A stretch of DNA of 64,000 nucleotides, from positions 148,304,001 to 148,368,000 of the forward strand of contig NC_042999.1 in the NCBI RefSeq assembly GCF_006345805.1, given 5' to 3'. Below are positions 36,430 through 50,498 of this stretch, piece after piece; the first letter of the stretch is position 1; each line of letters begins with the position of its first letter. The notes under the pieces were generated by a model. It made no database searches, was not told the origin of the DNA, and worked only from the letters and a program-made list of their open reading frames with translations. The stretch comes from Octopus sinensis. Its lineage: Eukaryota. The position numbers were made by a program, and so were the translations under genes.

Positions 36430-36870
36430 GAGCAGTGCATGCCATCAAAGTGACACTGGGGTAAAATATACGAAGCCCAGTATACCCATCATGACTCTCT
36501 TGCACACCACATCTGATGCTTCTTAGATCCAACTTTTCTCTCAAGGTACTTACATTGTCGAGTATGCACACTGACATTACACATCCATCGGAGCATACTG
36601 GCTTCATTCCTTGCAAGCTTACGCATGTCCTCAGCAGTCACAGCCCATGTTTCACTGCCATGTAGCATGGCTGTTTGTACGCATGCGTCATACGGTCTAC
36701 TTTTTACTCTGAGCGAGAGGCCCTTTGTCACCAGCAGAGGTAAGAGCTCTCTGAACTTTGCCCAGGCTATTCTTATTCTAGCAGCTACACTTTCAGAGCA
36801 CCCTCCCCCGCTACTGACTTGGTCACCTAGGTAACGGAAGCTATCAACTACTAGTTTCTTGCCCTGGAAT
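36430..36870 (-). mobile_element. Internal RTE fragment
   Basis: TKGLSLRVKSRPYDACVQTAMLHGSETW, collinear with the 4183 copy. Confidence 0.85.
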
Positions 36871-37682
36871 GTGGCAGAAGTTGTTCTCAGGAAGGAGTGA
36901 AGATGAAGATGTACTACTATATTTATAAAGAGAACTCATGTATGCCCTTAGAAGGCCTAGTTTATGTGTATTCCACCAACTGGGGCAAAGCATACAGAAG
37001 CATGTGTCCAGCCTTTGAGACTGAGAATCAGAGAAGGAGAGATAGAGCAGGTGCATCATGCACCTGGTCTCATCATACAGGGATCATAGCCAGAGATATA
37101 GGGTTTGATGTTGACTTTTGGCTCATCGTCATATTGGCACATTACAAACATGTGGCGAGTATGGATGACCGATACTTTGTGCTCAAATAGAGTTTGTATC
37201 AATCTCCAGATACTGATGACTATAAGGCTATACTTTATAGTGGGAGTGGGTCAATCAGATAAGTGGGGCCGTACAGAAGACCCAGAAGAGGAAAAGCAAA
37301 AGGAAAAAGAAGTGGCAGAGATAATAGAAATAAAAATAGCAGATCCAAGAATTAAAGATTACAGCTGTTGCTATTTTGTTTCCAGAGCACTGCCTGTCAT
37401 CTTGGCAACCTAAGGAAAGTCACATCCAACTTGAATTTCAATAAAGCAGAATGGAAATCAATCCACAAATTTAATGTCCATCTTCCATGCCAGTCATCAT
37501 CATCATCATCATCATTTAACATCTGTTTTCCATGTTGGCATGGGTTGGATGGTTTGACCGAAAGCTGGTAAGCCATGGAGCTGCACCAGGTTCCAATCTG
37601 ATTTGGCATGGCTTCTATAGCTGGATACCCTTCCTAATGCTAACCACTCCAAAAGCACTCACATCAGAACATACTGGCTTAA

Positions 37683-38755
37683 CCCTTTCGTTACTATATT
37701 TCTGACCAAAATACACCCCTCATGAGTTTCAATTAAATTCTAAAATAATCATGAATCTAGGCTTGTTTCATTAAATAACTGTAACTTTTTTACTTATCAA
37801 CATATTAATGTGATATTTGGAACATAATTAAAGAAAGGGTTCTTAATCAATTCTATTGCATAACTTTTGTCTCAAAGTGACTTTAATTACAGGTAAATCC
37901 AGCAAAAGGTAAAAATATTAAAATTTTGTTTAAACATCACCATAGAAAATGAATCATCAGCTAATATTCAAATGGGTATGCAACAAAATTTTGATAAAGA
38001 AGAATTGTGCACATCACTATATCATCAGTTGAATTTAATGCACAACAGGTGTACCATAAAGGTGGAATAAAGTGAAATACTGGAATCCACCGTAAGTTTG
38101 ACCGAACTAAAGAAATCGGTCAAAAAATATATACGGCCCTGGTTATGGTATGGAAGTGATAAATTCCAGACCACATCGTTCCCTAGGCCATGCTGACTAA
38201 CATTATTTTCCCTGTATAAAAACTAAATCCACGCAGTACCCAGTATTTGCTTCACAAATTTTCTGAAATTTGAACCCCCATTTTGTGTTTGTTTACATTC
38301 TGCGTAAGTTTGTTTCCGTATTGATCGTTTCAAACAATAACTTCCAGACCACATCATACCCTAAGCCATGCTGACTAACATTAGTTTCCCTGTATAAAAA
38401 CTAAATCCACAACAGTACCCAGTATTTGTTTCACAAATTTTCCAATTCGGAATCAATGCTTGATAACATGAAACTCCTATCCATTTTCAAAGTTGAAGAA
38501 AAATCGATGCCAAAAAAAATGTGGAAAAAAATCTCCCAAAATTCAGGGAATTAAAATTACACGTCGATCGTTGTACAAAACTGTAGATGAACTGTTTACG
38601 AAGTATAATCACGTGTTTTCACGAATGTACTAAAGAGATTTGCTCTGATATTCTCATTTAAATATGAATAGGTAAATTCGGGCGGCTTTGGGCAGTTTGG
38701 TCACATTAACCAAAATTTTTTTCGAGCGGCTTTGGGCGGTTTGGTAACGAAAGGG
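37683..38755 (-). mobile_element. Second internally deleted piggyBac element retaining a piece of the transposase core
   Basis: Same TTAA-CCC termini and ~270-300 bp end sequences as 7203-8284; interior translates to a KWGFK...CEANTGY-like segment, with a ~100-bp internal direct repeat (about 38163-38262 and 38341-38442). Confidence 0.88.
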
Positions 38756-39121
38756 TTAACTGGCCAAAACTTCAAAGTCACTGTCAACAATATTCTTGTT
38801 TAAGAATGATAAATTTGTACTCTACAAGAGTAAGTATACAGTAACCATCAGATTAATGTAAAATTGTTTTTATTATAATTGAGCAAAAAAACACACACAC
38901 ACATGCAAATATAAAATGAACAAAAATATTTCATTAAACAATCCTTTTATTTACTCCTATTTTTATATATCACAGTTATGAAAACATCACAAAATCAAAT
39001 TTATTAAAAGGAAAAAGAAACTTAACCAACTCCTGTGATATCATTAATATCACAATTTTTTTCTGTAAGTTTTTCATGTTAATCAGTTTCTGTAAAATGT
39101 GCTGAAATAAGCTGACATCTA

Positions 39122-39217
39122 TTAACTTTTACCAGGTCCAGGCTTATCTTTCTTGTATTTGTCTAATTCTACTTTGATTCTTTCATATAAACCCATTGGC
39201 CCAGGAAGTTTTGGTAA
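39122..39217 (-). CDS. STMP1: STMP1-like microprotein, coding exon 3
   Basis: CTTACAG acceptor; LPKLPGPMGLYERIKVELDKYKKDKPGPGKS-stop; AATAAA signals downstream on the minus strand (about 38870 and 38950). Confidence 0.85.
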   Translation of the reverse strand, partial: LPKLPGPMGLYERIKVELDKYKKDKPGPGKS

Positions 39218-40959
39218 CTGTAAGTGTAAAAAAAAAAAGCATCAATGATGAAATAATTGATTCTTAAAGACACTACACACAAATATATACCATCATCATT
39301 ATCATTTTTCTTAACATCCAGTTCTCCATGCTAGCATGAGTTGGATGGAGTTTACTGAAGCAGATTTTCTACAACTGGTGCTCTACCTGTTGCCAACCCT
39401 CACCATCTACAGGTAAGGTAATGCCCAGACATGTTTTTGCAGAATATCATCATCGTTTAACATCCTCCTTCCATGCTGGCATGGGTTGGATGGTTTGACA
39501 GGAGCTGGCCAGACAGAAGCCTGCACCAGGCTTCTGTCTGTTTTGGCAGGGGTTTTACGGATAGATGCCCTTCCTAACACCAACCACTCCACAGAGTGGA
39601 CTGAGTATGCCCGGCATTTTGGAGAGATGGTGGAAAAATGCTAATCATACTCACAAGGGATGGGGATCAGAATATAAATGGGATGGTCAAGTAAAAGAAG
39701 AGAGAGATGGTGGCAAGTGCTAGGGCATACCCTTGGGGCACAGAGGTTATAATATAAGTGATACAGCATTGCTAAAAATGCACAAGCAGTGTGTTGAAAA
39801 CCTGGGTATATGGAGGTGGAGAGCTACTGGATAGCAATGATACAGTGAACAGAGCCATGAGGACAGGATTAGGGAGTGAGAGATAAGCATAGTGCATGAA
39901 GGAGATGTAAGGAAGAGATGTAGTTTGGTTTGTTGGGGTAGGGTGTGTGAAAAGTTCTCTTATGTGTGGGTGGAACACACAGTGCTTCTAGAACTCAGTT
40001 TCGTTGACGTAGGCAGATCTTCTCAAGAACTTCATATTGCCAGACATCTCAATCTATTGTCATTTCTTGTGTGAGGTCCAACATCCTTACCACTTCGTCC
40101 CATGTCTTCTTGGGTCTCCCTCTTCCATGGGTACCCTCCACTTTCAGTGACTGGCACTTCTTTATACAGCTGTCTTCATTCATACGCATCACATGTCTAA
40201 ACCAATGTGGTATTCTCACTTGCATGCTGTATTTGATTCCTCTTATGCCACACACACATACAATAGGCTTCTTTCAGTTTCCATCTACCAAATCCACTGT
40301 CAAGTTACTGGTTGGCCTGGGGCTACAGTAGATGCTTACACAAAGTACCCAAAACTATGTGGATGAGAAGCAAACTACTTAACTACAGTCATGCCTGTGC
40401 CAATATATATCATCATCATCATCATCGTTTAGCGTCCGTTTTCCATGCTAGCATATATATATATTGTTTTATCTTTTAAGCCAAACACTTGTGTGCTCAG
40501 GGTTCAGCTATAATCAGTTTCCTAATGCAAGAGTTACAGTCTCATTAGGCAATGAAATAGTTCTGTAAGAGTTTTGGCCCCTGTCACTGCAACACAGAGC
40601 TGCCCAGGATCACCCATTGATGTAACAAAAACCCCTGTATAAAAAGAATCCAGTCCACATTCTAAAGTGGTTGGTTTTAGAAAGGCACCCCACTGTAAAA
40701 AATCATGCCAGAGCAGACAGTGGAGATTGGTACAACTCTCTGGCTTGCCAGCTCCTATCAAACCATTTAACCCATGCCAGCATGGAAGACACACATTAAA
40801 TGATGATGATATACATGTGTGTGTGTATAAATCCAACAATTTATACAAAACACCTGGGTTCACAAAATAATCTAATACATATTAACACCAGGTAAAAGAA
40901 ATATTAGTTACATTTTACTAAATAACCATATGCAAAAAGAAAGAAATCAGAATACTTAC

Positions 40960-41013
40960 AGAATAATATTGGTCAGCATAGGCCCCCACATAAAATCCAA
41001 CTGCAAAACTAAC
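40960..41013 (-). CDS. STMP1: STMP1-like microprotein, coding exon 2
   Basis: ATCCAG...GTAAGT, 54 bp; VSFAVGFYVGAYADQYYS resembles the GxxxGxYxxQxY transmembrane segment of STMP1/C7orf73. Confidence 0.85.
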
Positions 41014-41150
41014 CTGGATAATATAACATAAAAATAAAATGAATTTATATGTAAAACACAAGACAAGAAACATACATTTATACATTTTAACCCTTTTGAT
41101 ACCAATCAGCTTGAAACCACCTCTGCTGCTCTGACACAAAACCATTTATT

Positions 41151-41514
41151 TATTACCCCTGCCTTAGTGAAAACGGAGGTATTGTTTTCAGTTATGCTTG
41201 TTTGTTTGTACATGGACAAGATATCTCAAGAACTGTTGAATGGATTCAGATGAAACTTTCAGGGATGTTTGGCCTCGTGATTGGCATGAACTGATTACAT
41301 TTTGGGATCAATCTGGTACCAGATAAGGATTCTGGATTATTTTTCCTGTTTCTTTAATTTTTGAGAGCAATCAGGTTCACTTTTAGTATCCTCATTTGTG
41401 AGAGCAGTCAAGATTATTTCAGATATTCTCATTTTAAAAATTATCTCTGGCTAATCATTGAGAGGAGGCTGGTGTTGCCTTGGCGGAGGTTTGCATTCTC
41501 TGAGTGCTCTTGTT
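41151..41514 (+). mobile_element. Helentron-type non-autonomous element (HINE/DINE-like); second copy on minus strand about 51437-51806
   Basis: Subterminal inverted repeat (CTCCGCC / CCTTGGCGGAGG), short 3' hairpin GCATTCTCTGAGTGC, T-rich flanks. Class assignment from the established architecture of such elements. Confidence 0.6.
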
Positions 41515-44500
41515 TACATTCAAACTTTTCTAAATAATTTTCATCATCATCTAACATAGTTTCCACACTGGTATAGGCTGGATGGTTTGACAAGGGCTGA
41601 CCAAGCTCCATTTATCAGTTTTGGTATGGTTTCTATCACCGGATACCCTTTCTAATTAATTGCCAACCACTTTACAGAGTGTGTTGGGTGCTTCTTATGT
41701 AGCACCAGCACTTATCATGGACATGCTGAAGCACTGCCTTGGAGGGTTTAGTCAAATCGACCTCAGTACTTATTTTTAAGTCAGGTACTTATTCTATTGG
41801 CCTCTTTTGCTGAACTACTAAGTTAGAGGGACACAAACAAACCAATACCAATAGTCAGACATTGGGGCAGGGTAGACAAGCACAACAGAAATATATACAT
41901 GACAGGCTACCACACACCTGGCTGCTAATTCATTCACAATGCAATAGTCAGGCTGGAGTGACAGTTGAAGACACTGGCCGAAAGTGCTGCACAGTGGGAC
42001 TGAACTCAAAACCATGTGGTTACAAACTAAACTCCTTAACCACACAGACATGCCTTCACCTAAACTGTTCCAAATTCTCGATTATTTACCAGATTAAGTC
42101 AAACTCAGAATTGTGAATTTCATTGGGAACATGAACACAAAAGGATTAATAAAAGAAAGAAACCCTTGCTATCAATGACATAATGATAGCCTCCATTATT
42201 TTCACATAATTTACTAAAAATACTCTGGATAAAAATCTGCTATCTCTTTGGGTTGACTCGCCAGATCTGATATTTTGGAAAATTTCAATACAGATGTAGT
42301 GGTTTTGTGATTCGATGCTTGTTTCCAACAAGAAATCTGAAGTATTTAGTGTAACAGAAATAGTAAAGATACAATTAAACTAAACGACTATGTAGACAAC
42401 CATCAGTTATTGACTTTTAATTTTAAAACAGTGTGTGTGTGTATATTGTTGCTCATTCCTTCTCAAGTCATGCCCGACTCATAAAGGCCAGTTTTCCCGG
42501 TTTAATTGGTATATAGGTTCCCCACCTGGACAGGACGCCGGCCTGCCACAGGTGAGCTGCAAGATGCAGGAGGAAAGTGTGAGAGAAAGTTGTTGCAAAA
42601 GAATCAGCAGAAGTTCACCATTACCTTCTGCCGGAACCACGTGGAGCTTAGGCGTTTCGCTCATAAACACACACATTGGCCAGTCTAAGATTCAAACCCA
42701 CGATCCCTCGGCCACAAATCCACTGCTCTAACCACTAGGCCATGTGCCTCCGTCTGTGTGTGTGTGTATGTATACACACACACACACACAGAGGCAATGA
42801 CAAATGACCAAGACTCTTGGAGATATGCCATGCTTGAGAAGACCCATCAAGCCAAGTGAAATCATAGTCATGGCAGAAACTGGTGTCACACATCTTGCAC
42901 CCGTGTAAAAGCACCCATTACACTCTTGGAGTGGTTGGCGTTAAGAAGGGTATCCAGCAGTACAAACCATGCCAAATCAGACTGGAGTCTGGTGCAGCCC
43001 CTCAGCTTGCCAGCCCTGGTCAAACCATCCAAGCCATGCCAGCACGGACAATGGATGTTAAATGAGATGATAGACAGACAGACATATATATATCATCATC
43101 ATTATTTAATATCCACTTACCCATGCTCATATGATATCGGGACTCATATACAACTGTCATACAATATCAAAAAAGGCGCAAAACAACACTCATTATGTGT
43201 ATACATATATATGCATGTATTATATATCATTAGCATCATCATCATTGTTTAACGTCCGCTTTCTATACCGGCATGGGTTGGACAGTTTGACTGAGGGCTG
43301 GCGAGCCAGAAGGCTGCACTAGCCACCAATCTGATCTGGCAAAGCTTCTACAGCTGAATGCCCTTCCAAATGCCAACCACTCCAAGAGTGTAGTGGGTGC
43401 TTTTATGTGCCACCAGCATCCTCTCAATGATTAGCCAGAGATAATTTTTAAAATGAGAACAGTGTTGAAAGGTAACTAGAGCGTGAAGGTGATAGAAGAA
43501 AGAGTAAAAAAGATGTGCAATGATAGAGAACGAAGGAGTGAGGCTTGTTCATGAAGCCCTTAATGTGAACAAAAGCTGGATATTGTAAAGTATTGTTATA
43601 AAACAAAAATCACTATGAAATACTTCGAATTTGGGTCTGTCTTTCCAAAGGTTTCTTTTCTTTTGACATTTCCTTCCCAAAATGCCTTTCCTCTGCCTGC
43701 CACTGTACTATTTGTATACGTATTGTACGTGTGTATACACACACACACACAGGTGCAGGAGTGTTTGTGTGGTAAGAAGTTTGCTTCACAATACTTTACA
43801 ATATCCAGCTTTTGTTCACATTAAGGGCTTCATGAACAAGCCTCACTCCTTCGTTCTCTATCATTGCACATCTCTTTTACTCTCTCTTCTATCACCTTCA
43901 CGCTCTAGTTGCCTTTCAACACTGTTCTGCTGGTGAACGAACGGAGATAACTTTGAGTAAAGAGTACTCTCTACGTTGTTGGCAGCTAAATTGTTACATA
44001 TTTTTAGCAACCATCTGTATAACTGCCCAAATTCCCAATTCTTGTAGAAGCGCACTCCAGCGTATATATATACACGCCAGCGTATATATATACACGCTCG
44101 CGTATATATATATAAAGAGAGAGAGAGAATCTAAATATATGTTGCTTCTGTTTGTTTTGGGGATTTCTTTTTTTCACTCTCAAAATATTATTTTCGTTTT
44201 AATCCCTCACGAAAATAAGAATTAACCATATTTTCCTAAAATGATACAATATAAAAGGAAATAGTTTTGTATATACTATGTACATAAACATCTCTAGAAA
44301 GCCTTTGTTGTTTACGGTAAAAGCAAACGCAAAATTTTAAGAAGCACATGTCCTTTTCGCAGTGTAAACTAAGTATTTTACAAAGTATAAACAAATCAAA
44401 TTATTTTCTTATTTCCGTTTCGGTTTTTCATTTGACTTCAGAAGTGTTGTAATTAGTTACTCTAACAAAGAACGACCAGAGAAAAAAAGTAAAACCAGAA

Positions 44501-44572
44501 TATATAGTTGATTGGAAACTGTAACCAACGGCGGTGTTGTTATAGATCACACCATAAACAAAACAAATAGCC

Positions 44573-44861
44573 GGTACTACTTAAGAAGAGTGGTCCCGGT
44601 GCGCGCACTCGCGTACTCGCGCAAGCTAGTCGTGACGAGTCGATTCTACAACGACTACCTAGCAAAGTAAATAAAACACAAAATAATTTTTTTACACAAA
44701 GTTGATTATTTTTTAAAAACAAATTAAATAAAACACAAAAACACAAAGTAAATAATTTTTTAAAAACAAAGTAAATAAAGCAAAAACACAAAGTAAGCAT
44801 CGACTAGCTAGCGCGGATGCACGAGTGCGCGCACCGGGACCACTCTTCATAAGTAGTATCC
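44573..44861. mobile_element. Merlin-type MITE in STMP1 intron 1
   Basis: AAATAGCC|GGTACTACTTAAGAAGAGTGGTCCCGGTGCGCGCACTCG ... CGAGTGCGCGCACCGGGACCACTCTTCATAAGTAGTATCC|AAATAGCC: ~40-bp TIR, GG/CC ends, 8-bp TSD. Confidence 0.85.
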
Positions 44862-45371
44862 AAATAGCCATAAACATTTTCAAGATCTGTAAGGTCTAGT
44901 TTAATATCACTTTAACTTTGTTTTAAAGAAAAGACAAATGCACTGATTCAATTGTAAACTTTCTTTCCTTCTGACATCAAGTTCGTTACAATGACAAGTC
45001 AAGCGACAAACTATGAAACAGCGTATTAAAAAGAAATTATACACCGTGTATAAGAAACCCCCGAAGTTTTGGGGCTTAATATTTGGAAAAAAGGTTTTGC
45101 AAGGGATTATAATACTATTCATGTATAAGAAACTCCCATATCTTTTTAACCTAATTTTTGGTAAAAAAAAAAGGGTTCTTTATACACGTTAAAATACAGT
45201 GAATAATCAATGGCTATAACACTAAAAGTAGTACACAAGTAACGGTTTAACAGATGTATATATATACCCCATCCACCCTCACCAAGCAGTAACGGCATAA
45301 CTAGGGGTATACAGATGTAGTTATGCCCAAATGGCAAATAACTATATTAGAAAGCTAAGAAAATGTCTTAC

Positions 45372-45386
45372 CAATTTGCCCAACAT
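45372..45386 (-). CDS. STMP1: STMP1-like microprotein, coding exon 1 (MLGKL)
   Basis: ATC ATG TTG GGC AAA TTG then GTAAGA donor, phase 0; a 5-codon first exon as I recall for vertebrate STMP1. Confidence 0.7.
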
Positions 45387-46099
45387 GATCCACGACGTTA
45401 ATTAATTAATTGTTTTAAGACAACAGATCCAACATTGATCGTCGTTCTAAGATGCACATCGATATTTCTATCTCCTGTAATTAGAGATGGCACGCACATC
45501 GATATTTATCTCCCGTTTCACACGTTTGCTTCGTCGACGAGAATATTAAACTCAATCTCCGTAAAATTACACTTGGTTACCTAGGAGGAATCCACTATAT
45601 AATGTCTCAAAAAGCAGGATATTAATATAGATAGAGCCAATGACGAAGATGTCACCATAGAAATGTTTTTTTGCGTATTCTGTGTATATGACAAACTCCT
45701 GTCGCTTGTGTTCTGCTTCTTCGAATAGAATCTTCACTAACAACTCTGTGTCATTTAAAATCACAAAAATGTAAATCTCCCGGGAAGCAATAAAACGCCT
45801 TGGTATAACTCCAGACAAGATGCATTAAGCCGTAAAGGAAATACATTGAAAACACACATTTGTGTATATCATTACTTTAGTATGTCGAGTCAACAGGGAG
45901 ATTCTATGTGGTCGTTTGACCTGCTAAGAATAGCAGCCGAATTCCGTCAAATCAGACTCAACTGTCTTTACACAATATAGTTTTACACAAAACAGGTAGA
46001 AACCCTGCATCTCTCTCCCCCATTTATGACCTTAAGAAAGTAAGACATAGCAGTACTCAGCATTTGAAACACTGTCAGTTTAGTATTGGGCAAAGGCCA

Positions 46100-48290
46100 C
46101 AGCATATCATCATCGTTTAACGTCTGCTTTCCATGCTGGCGTGAGTTGGATGATTTGACTGCAGACTGGCGAACCAGATGCTGCACCAGGCTCCAATCTG
46201 ATTTGGCAGAATTTCTACAGCTGGATGCCCTTCCTAACGACAACCATTCCAAGTGGGTGCTTTTATGTGCCACCAGTACGAGGGCCAGTCAGGTGGTACT
46301 GGCAATGGCCATGCTCAAATGGTGTTTTTTACGTGCCACCGGCACAGGAGCCAGTTCAGTTCCACTGGCAACGACCTCACTCATATCTTTCATGTACCAC
46401 CGGCACAAGTGCCAGTAAGGCAATGCTGGTAACGACCATGCTTGAATGATGCTTTTTACGTGCCACCGGCATGGAAGCCAATCAGCTGCTCTGGCAACAA
46501 TCACGCTCAGATGGTGCTCTTAATGCTCCAATAGCACGGATGCCAGTCATTGAATTTGATTTCGATTTCAATTTCACTTGCCTAAACAGGTCTTCGCAAG
46601 CAGAGTTTAGTGTCCAATGAAGGAAAGGTATGCATAAGTGGGCTGGTTACACCCCTGGCATAAACCACGGGTTATGGTCTCACTTGGCTTGCTGGGTCTT
46701 CTCAAGCACAGCATATTTCCAAAGGTCTCAGTCAATAGTCATTGCCTCGATGAGGCCTAATGTTCGAAGGTTGTGCTTCACCACCCCATCCCAGACCTTC
46801 CTCTTCCACAAGTACCCTCAACAGCTAAGGTGTGGCACTTTTTCACACAGCTATCCTCATCCATTCTCACCACATGACCATACCAGCACAGTCGTCTCTC
46901 TTGCACACCACATAAGATGCTTCTTAGGTCCAACGTTTCTCTCAAGGTACTTACACTCTGTCAAGTATGCACACTGGAATTGCACATCCAGTAGAGCATA
47001 CTGGTTTCATTCCTTGCAAGCTTATGCATGTCCCCAGCAGTCACGGCCCATGTTTCACTGCCATGTAGCATGGCTGTTCGTATACATGTGTCATACAGTC
47101 TACCTTTTACACTGGGTGAGAGGCCCTTTGTCACTAGCAGAGGTAGGAGCTGCTCTCTGAACTTTGCCCAGGCTATTTTTATTCTAGCAGCTACACTTTC
47201 AGAGCACACACTCCTGCTACTGACTTGGTCACCTACGTAACGGAAGCTATCAACTACTTCTAGTTTTTCTCCCTGGAATGTGGTAGAAGTTGTTCTCTGC
47301 ACATTTTCAGTGTTTATTGCACCTGAGCATTTGCCACATACAAAAACTATCTTCCCAGTTAGCCTTCCTTTGATATTGCTGCACCTCTTATGTGTCCATT
47401 GCTTACACTGGGTACATCTTACAGAGTTTCTACCTCTGCCTTTTCTACAGATCGAGCAGGGCCATCTACCTGAAAGGATTTGTGGTTTGTCTGCCTTCCT
47501 ACTTATTAGGACTTTGGTTTTAGCTAGGTTGACTCTAAGCCCCTTCGAGTCTAATCCTTGCTTCCACACGTAAAACTTCTTCTCTAGTTCTGACTCAGCA
47601 ATTAGATCAAGGTCATCAGCATAGAGGAGCTCCCAGGGGCATCCTGTCTTGAATTCTTCTGTTATTGCCTAGAGAACTGAACCTTGGTGGACCGCTACCT
47701 CTACCCAAAATTCTTCACTGTACTCGTTGCCAACCCTCACCTTATTGACAGCATCCTTGTACATGGCTTGCAAAGCTCTCACTACCCATTCATCTATCCC
47801 TAGTTTCCTAATTGACCACCAGATGAGGGATCAGGAGACCCTGTCAAAGGCTTTCTCCATGTCAACAAAAGCCAGGTACAGAGGTTTATCTTTGGCTAGG
47901 TATTTCTCCTGCAGCTATCTTACCAGAAATATAGCATCAGTGGCACAAACCCAAACCGCATCTTATCTAAACTGACTCTCTCCCTAATTAGTTGGGCTAT
48001 GACCCTCTCCATGACCTTCATTATCTGATCCAACAACTTGATACCTCTGTAATTATTTGTATCTAAAGCATCACCTTTACCTTTGTAGCAGTTGACTATG
48101 GTGCTGCTACACCAGTCATTGGGTATGACACCTTTGTGTATCACCTAGCTAACTATACAGGTGACTAGGCTATAGGCAACACCGCCAGATATTTTGAGCA
48201 TCTCTGCAGTGATTCCTGATGGGCCAGGGGCTTTCCCTGTCTTTATACTCTTAATTGCTTTATCTACCAAGATACTGTCAATATCAAGTT
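46100..48290 (-). mobile_element. Degenerate 5'-truncated RTE copy retaining the PHD finger (47327-47458)
   Basis: Homologous to 4183-6406; CSIC..CTQC..HKRC..CGKC; LYADD at about 47620; several deletions and frameshifts. Confidence 0.92.
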
Positions 48291-48849
48291 TCCATATATG
48301 ATGTGTCCTTATCAGAAGATTTTGACTCATATTTCAGCCAATTGTTGTTCAGGTACATTTGTATGGTGTAAGATTAAGGGAAAATTCCACACAGTTTGCA
48401 CCAAATAATGGTTATAAATCAAAATGCACAGGAAATACAAAGCAGAGGATTCATAGAGGTTTTCTTGGTTAGCTGGTAGCTAATCCACCCTGTCCTCATG
48501 TTAAAAAGATCACCTCTTGCCAAGCACAAACAACATTTTCAACTCTCGGCAAGCGTACATTCTTACTAGCTACTAGTATTCAGCATAAGAGCTTTTTCTA
48601 AAGTAAACTTAAAACACCAATCTGTTATTAAACATGTTAATAAAATTTAAATATTATGACTAGGAGCAGTATACAGCCAGATCCCAGCAAAACAACTATA
48701 GAGCTTTTTGTAAAGCCCGATCTACTAGAGACCTACATTTCTATGTGACTCACCAGTGAGCTTGGTAGAAGTATTGTTTTTGCTCTGACACCAGGAAAGC
48801 TTTTGCCTGCATCTGATGGGAATCTCCAGTCAAAACTATCAGCCTATGG

Positions 48850-50250
48850 GTGCCAAGTGTCTTGCATTTGTCTTGAATCAGCAGTTTCCTAAGACTGCTC
48901 TATTGCCGATGGAGTTATGGTGCATATTCTATCAACTCTGTGGTTTGTATCAGAGTTCAGTTTTGTTTCTTACATTCTTCCTCCTGTACATCAACAATTT
49001 ACTTGCTATCACCTCAAACAATGCCCATTCTTACACAGATGATTCTATCCTTCATTCCTTTCTAACCTTCCAACCTACACTTCATCCATGCGCAACCTAG
49101 ATAACTCGCACCATATCTACATACACTGAATCCATGGATAGAAATCTAGGAAAAACATCTTCCAATGAGACTGTGTCAAACTTGACCCATTTCAGCAACA
49201 AAAAACAAAAATCAAGGCATGTATCAAGAAAATGTTACTGCATCCCTCCCCTAATACATACAATTAAGAGCCCTTACAATCTCCTTATCACTGAGAATCT
49301 GTAGGGTGGTGGATTAGCAAAACTGTGTTAAAAAAAGTGCTTTGTTCAAGCTCCTTATATTCGAGTTGTAATCCTGTTAAGGTCAAATTTGCCTTTCATC
49401 CTTGCAAAAATTAAGTGCCAGTTGAGAGTAAGTTAATTCTCTCCATAACATGAGGCTGCAATATGCTCCCTCAACCAGCTCTGTTTTCTACCACTGTTCT
49501 GGTCTCATTTCAGCTACTTCACCCTTCTCATCCTTGTCAATGGTTCTTCTCCAGTTGGTCTAGGGCACCCTGCTGCTCTTTCCACCCATTTTAGCACCAC
49601 ACCACAGTTGCTTTCTCAATCTTGTCTGAGAATATGTCTGATCCAGTTCTTATGTTCTATTTCATCCCCGACTCTGTTGATGTCCATTGTTATCTCAATT
49701 GTCATTTCAGACTCTTGGCAGTCACTTGATGTCTAGTATTCTCCTTAAGCATGTGAATTGGAATCTGTTGAGTGGGTTGATGCAACTAACTTCCTCTCTT
49801 CAAAAATTCTGGTCTTTTACCTAAATTAGAAACTGTTATTATAGATCTCTCGGCATAAACACATTCTTAACATAGTAAAAATTGCATCATAAATACTAAT
49901 CAAAAAATACTTCAGCCCAGTCAACTCTTAACCCTCTACAAAGCTTAAGTGAGACCCCTCACTGAAGTATTACTTCCATATATGGAATGGTGCTGCCATT
50001 CCAGATATGAGACAAGCACTTCATTTGTTCTAAGCCAATCAACTTACTGTTAATAAATAAACACACCCCAAATTCTAGCTTACAGATTTGTCATCTGTCT
50101 CTCTCTCTCTGCTTCTTTAATTACAACTCTAATGACCTATGCTTCTTAGAATTGGTTATTTTCATGCCATCTCCACTGATTAATCTCTCCATCTCTCATT
50201 ATGTGTATTTTCTTTACATCCCCACAGGCCAAAAACTACACACTATATCT
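48850..50250 (+). mobile_element. Highly decayed LINE RT fragments (CR1/Jockey-like)
   Basis: GLYQSSVLFLTFFLLYINNL...HSYTDD (degenerate QGSVL..LYINDL..YADD) and a later LLTLYKA..RPL.EY..HIW relic. Confidence 0.6.
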
Positions 50251-50498
50251 AGTTTTTTTCTTGACTTTCTGTCCTGCAGTTGTCAAATTCTGGCACTTTA
50301 ATATTAAGAGCATCAATCTCTCAGGTCTCCAGATCAAACTAGCAAAAACAAAAATAAAGTAGGAAGATCAAGGCAGGAATACCTTTTATCATTAGATGTA
50401 CTCAATCAGGATTAATCTAAGCTAATACATACCTACACACATATATACATGAAAAACAGTCACAATTATATATGTTGACATGACTTGCCCTACATATA

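Noticed and set aside
36880-37420. ORFs of 71-102 aa as exons of a hidden gene
   Set aside because: No consistent splice phase or recognisable domain; probably decayed repeat sequence.
45567-45818. 83-aa minus-strand ORF upstream of STMP1
   Set aside because: No recognisable motif or convincing splice sites; possibly a decayed retroelement fragment.
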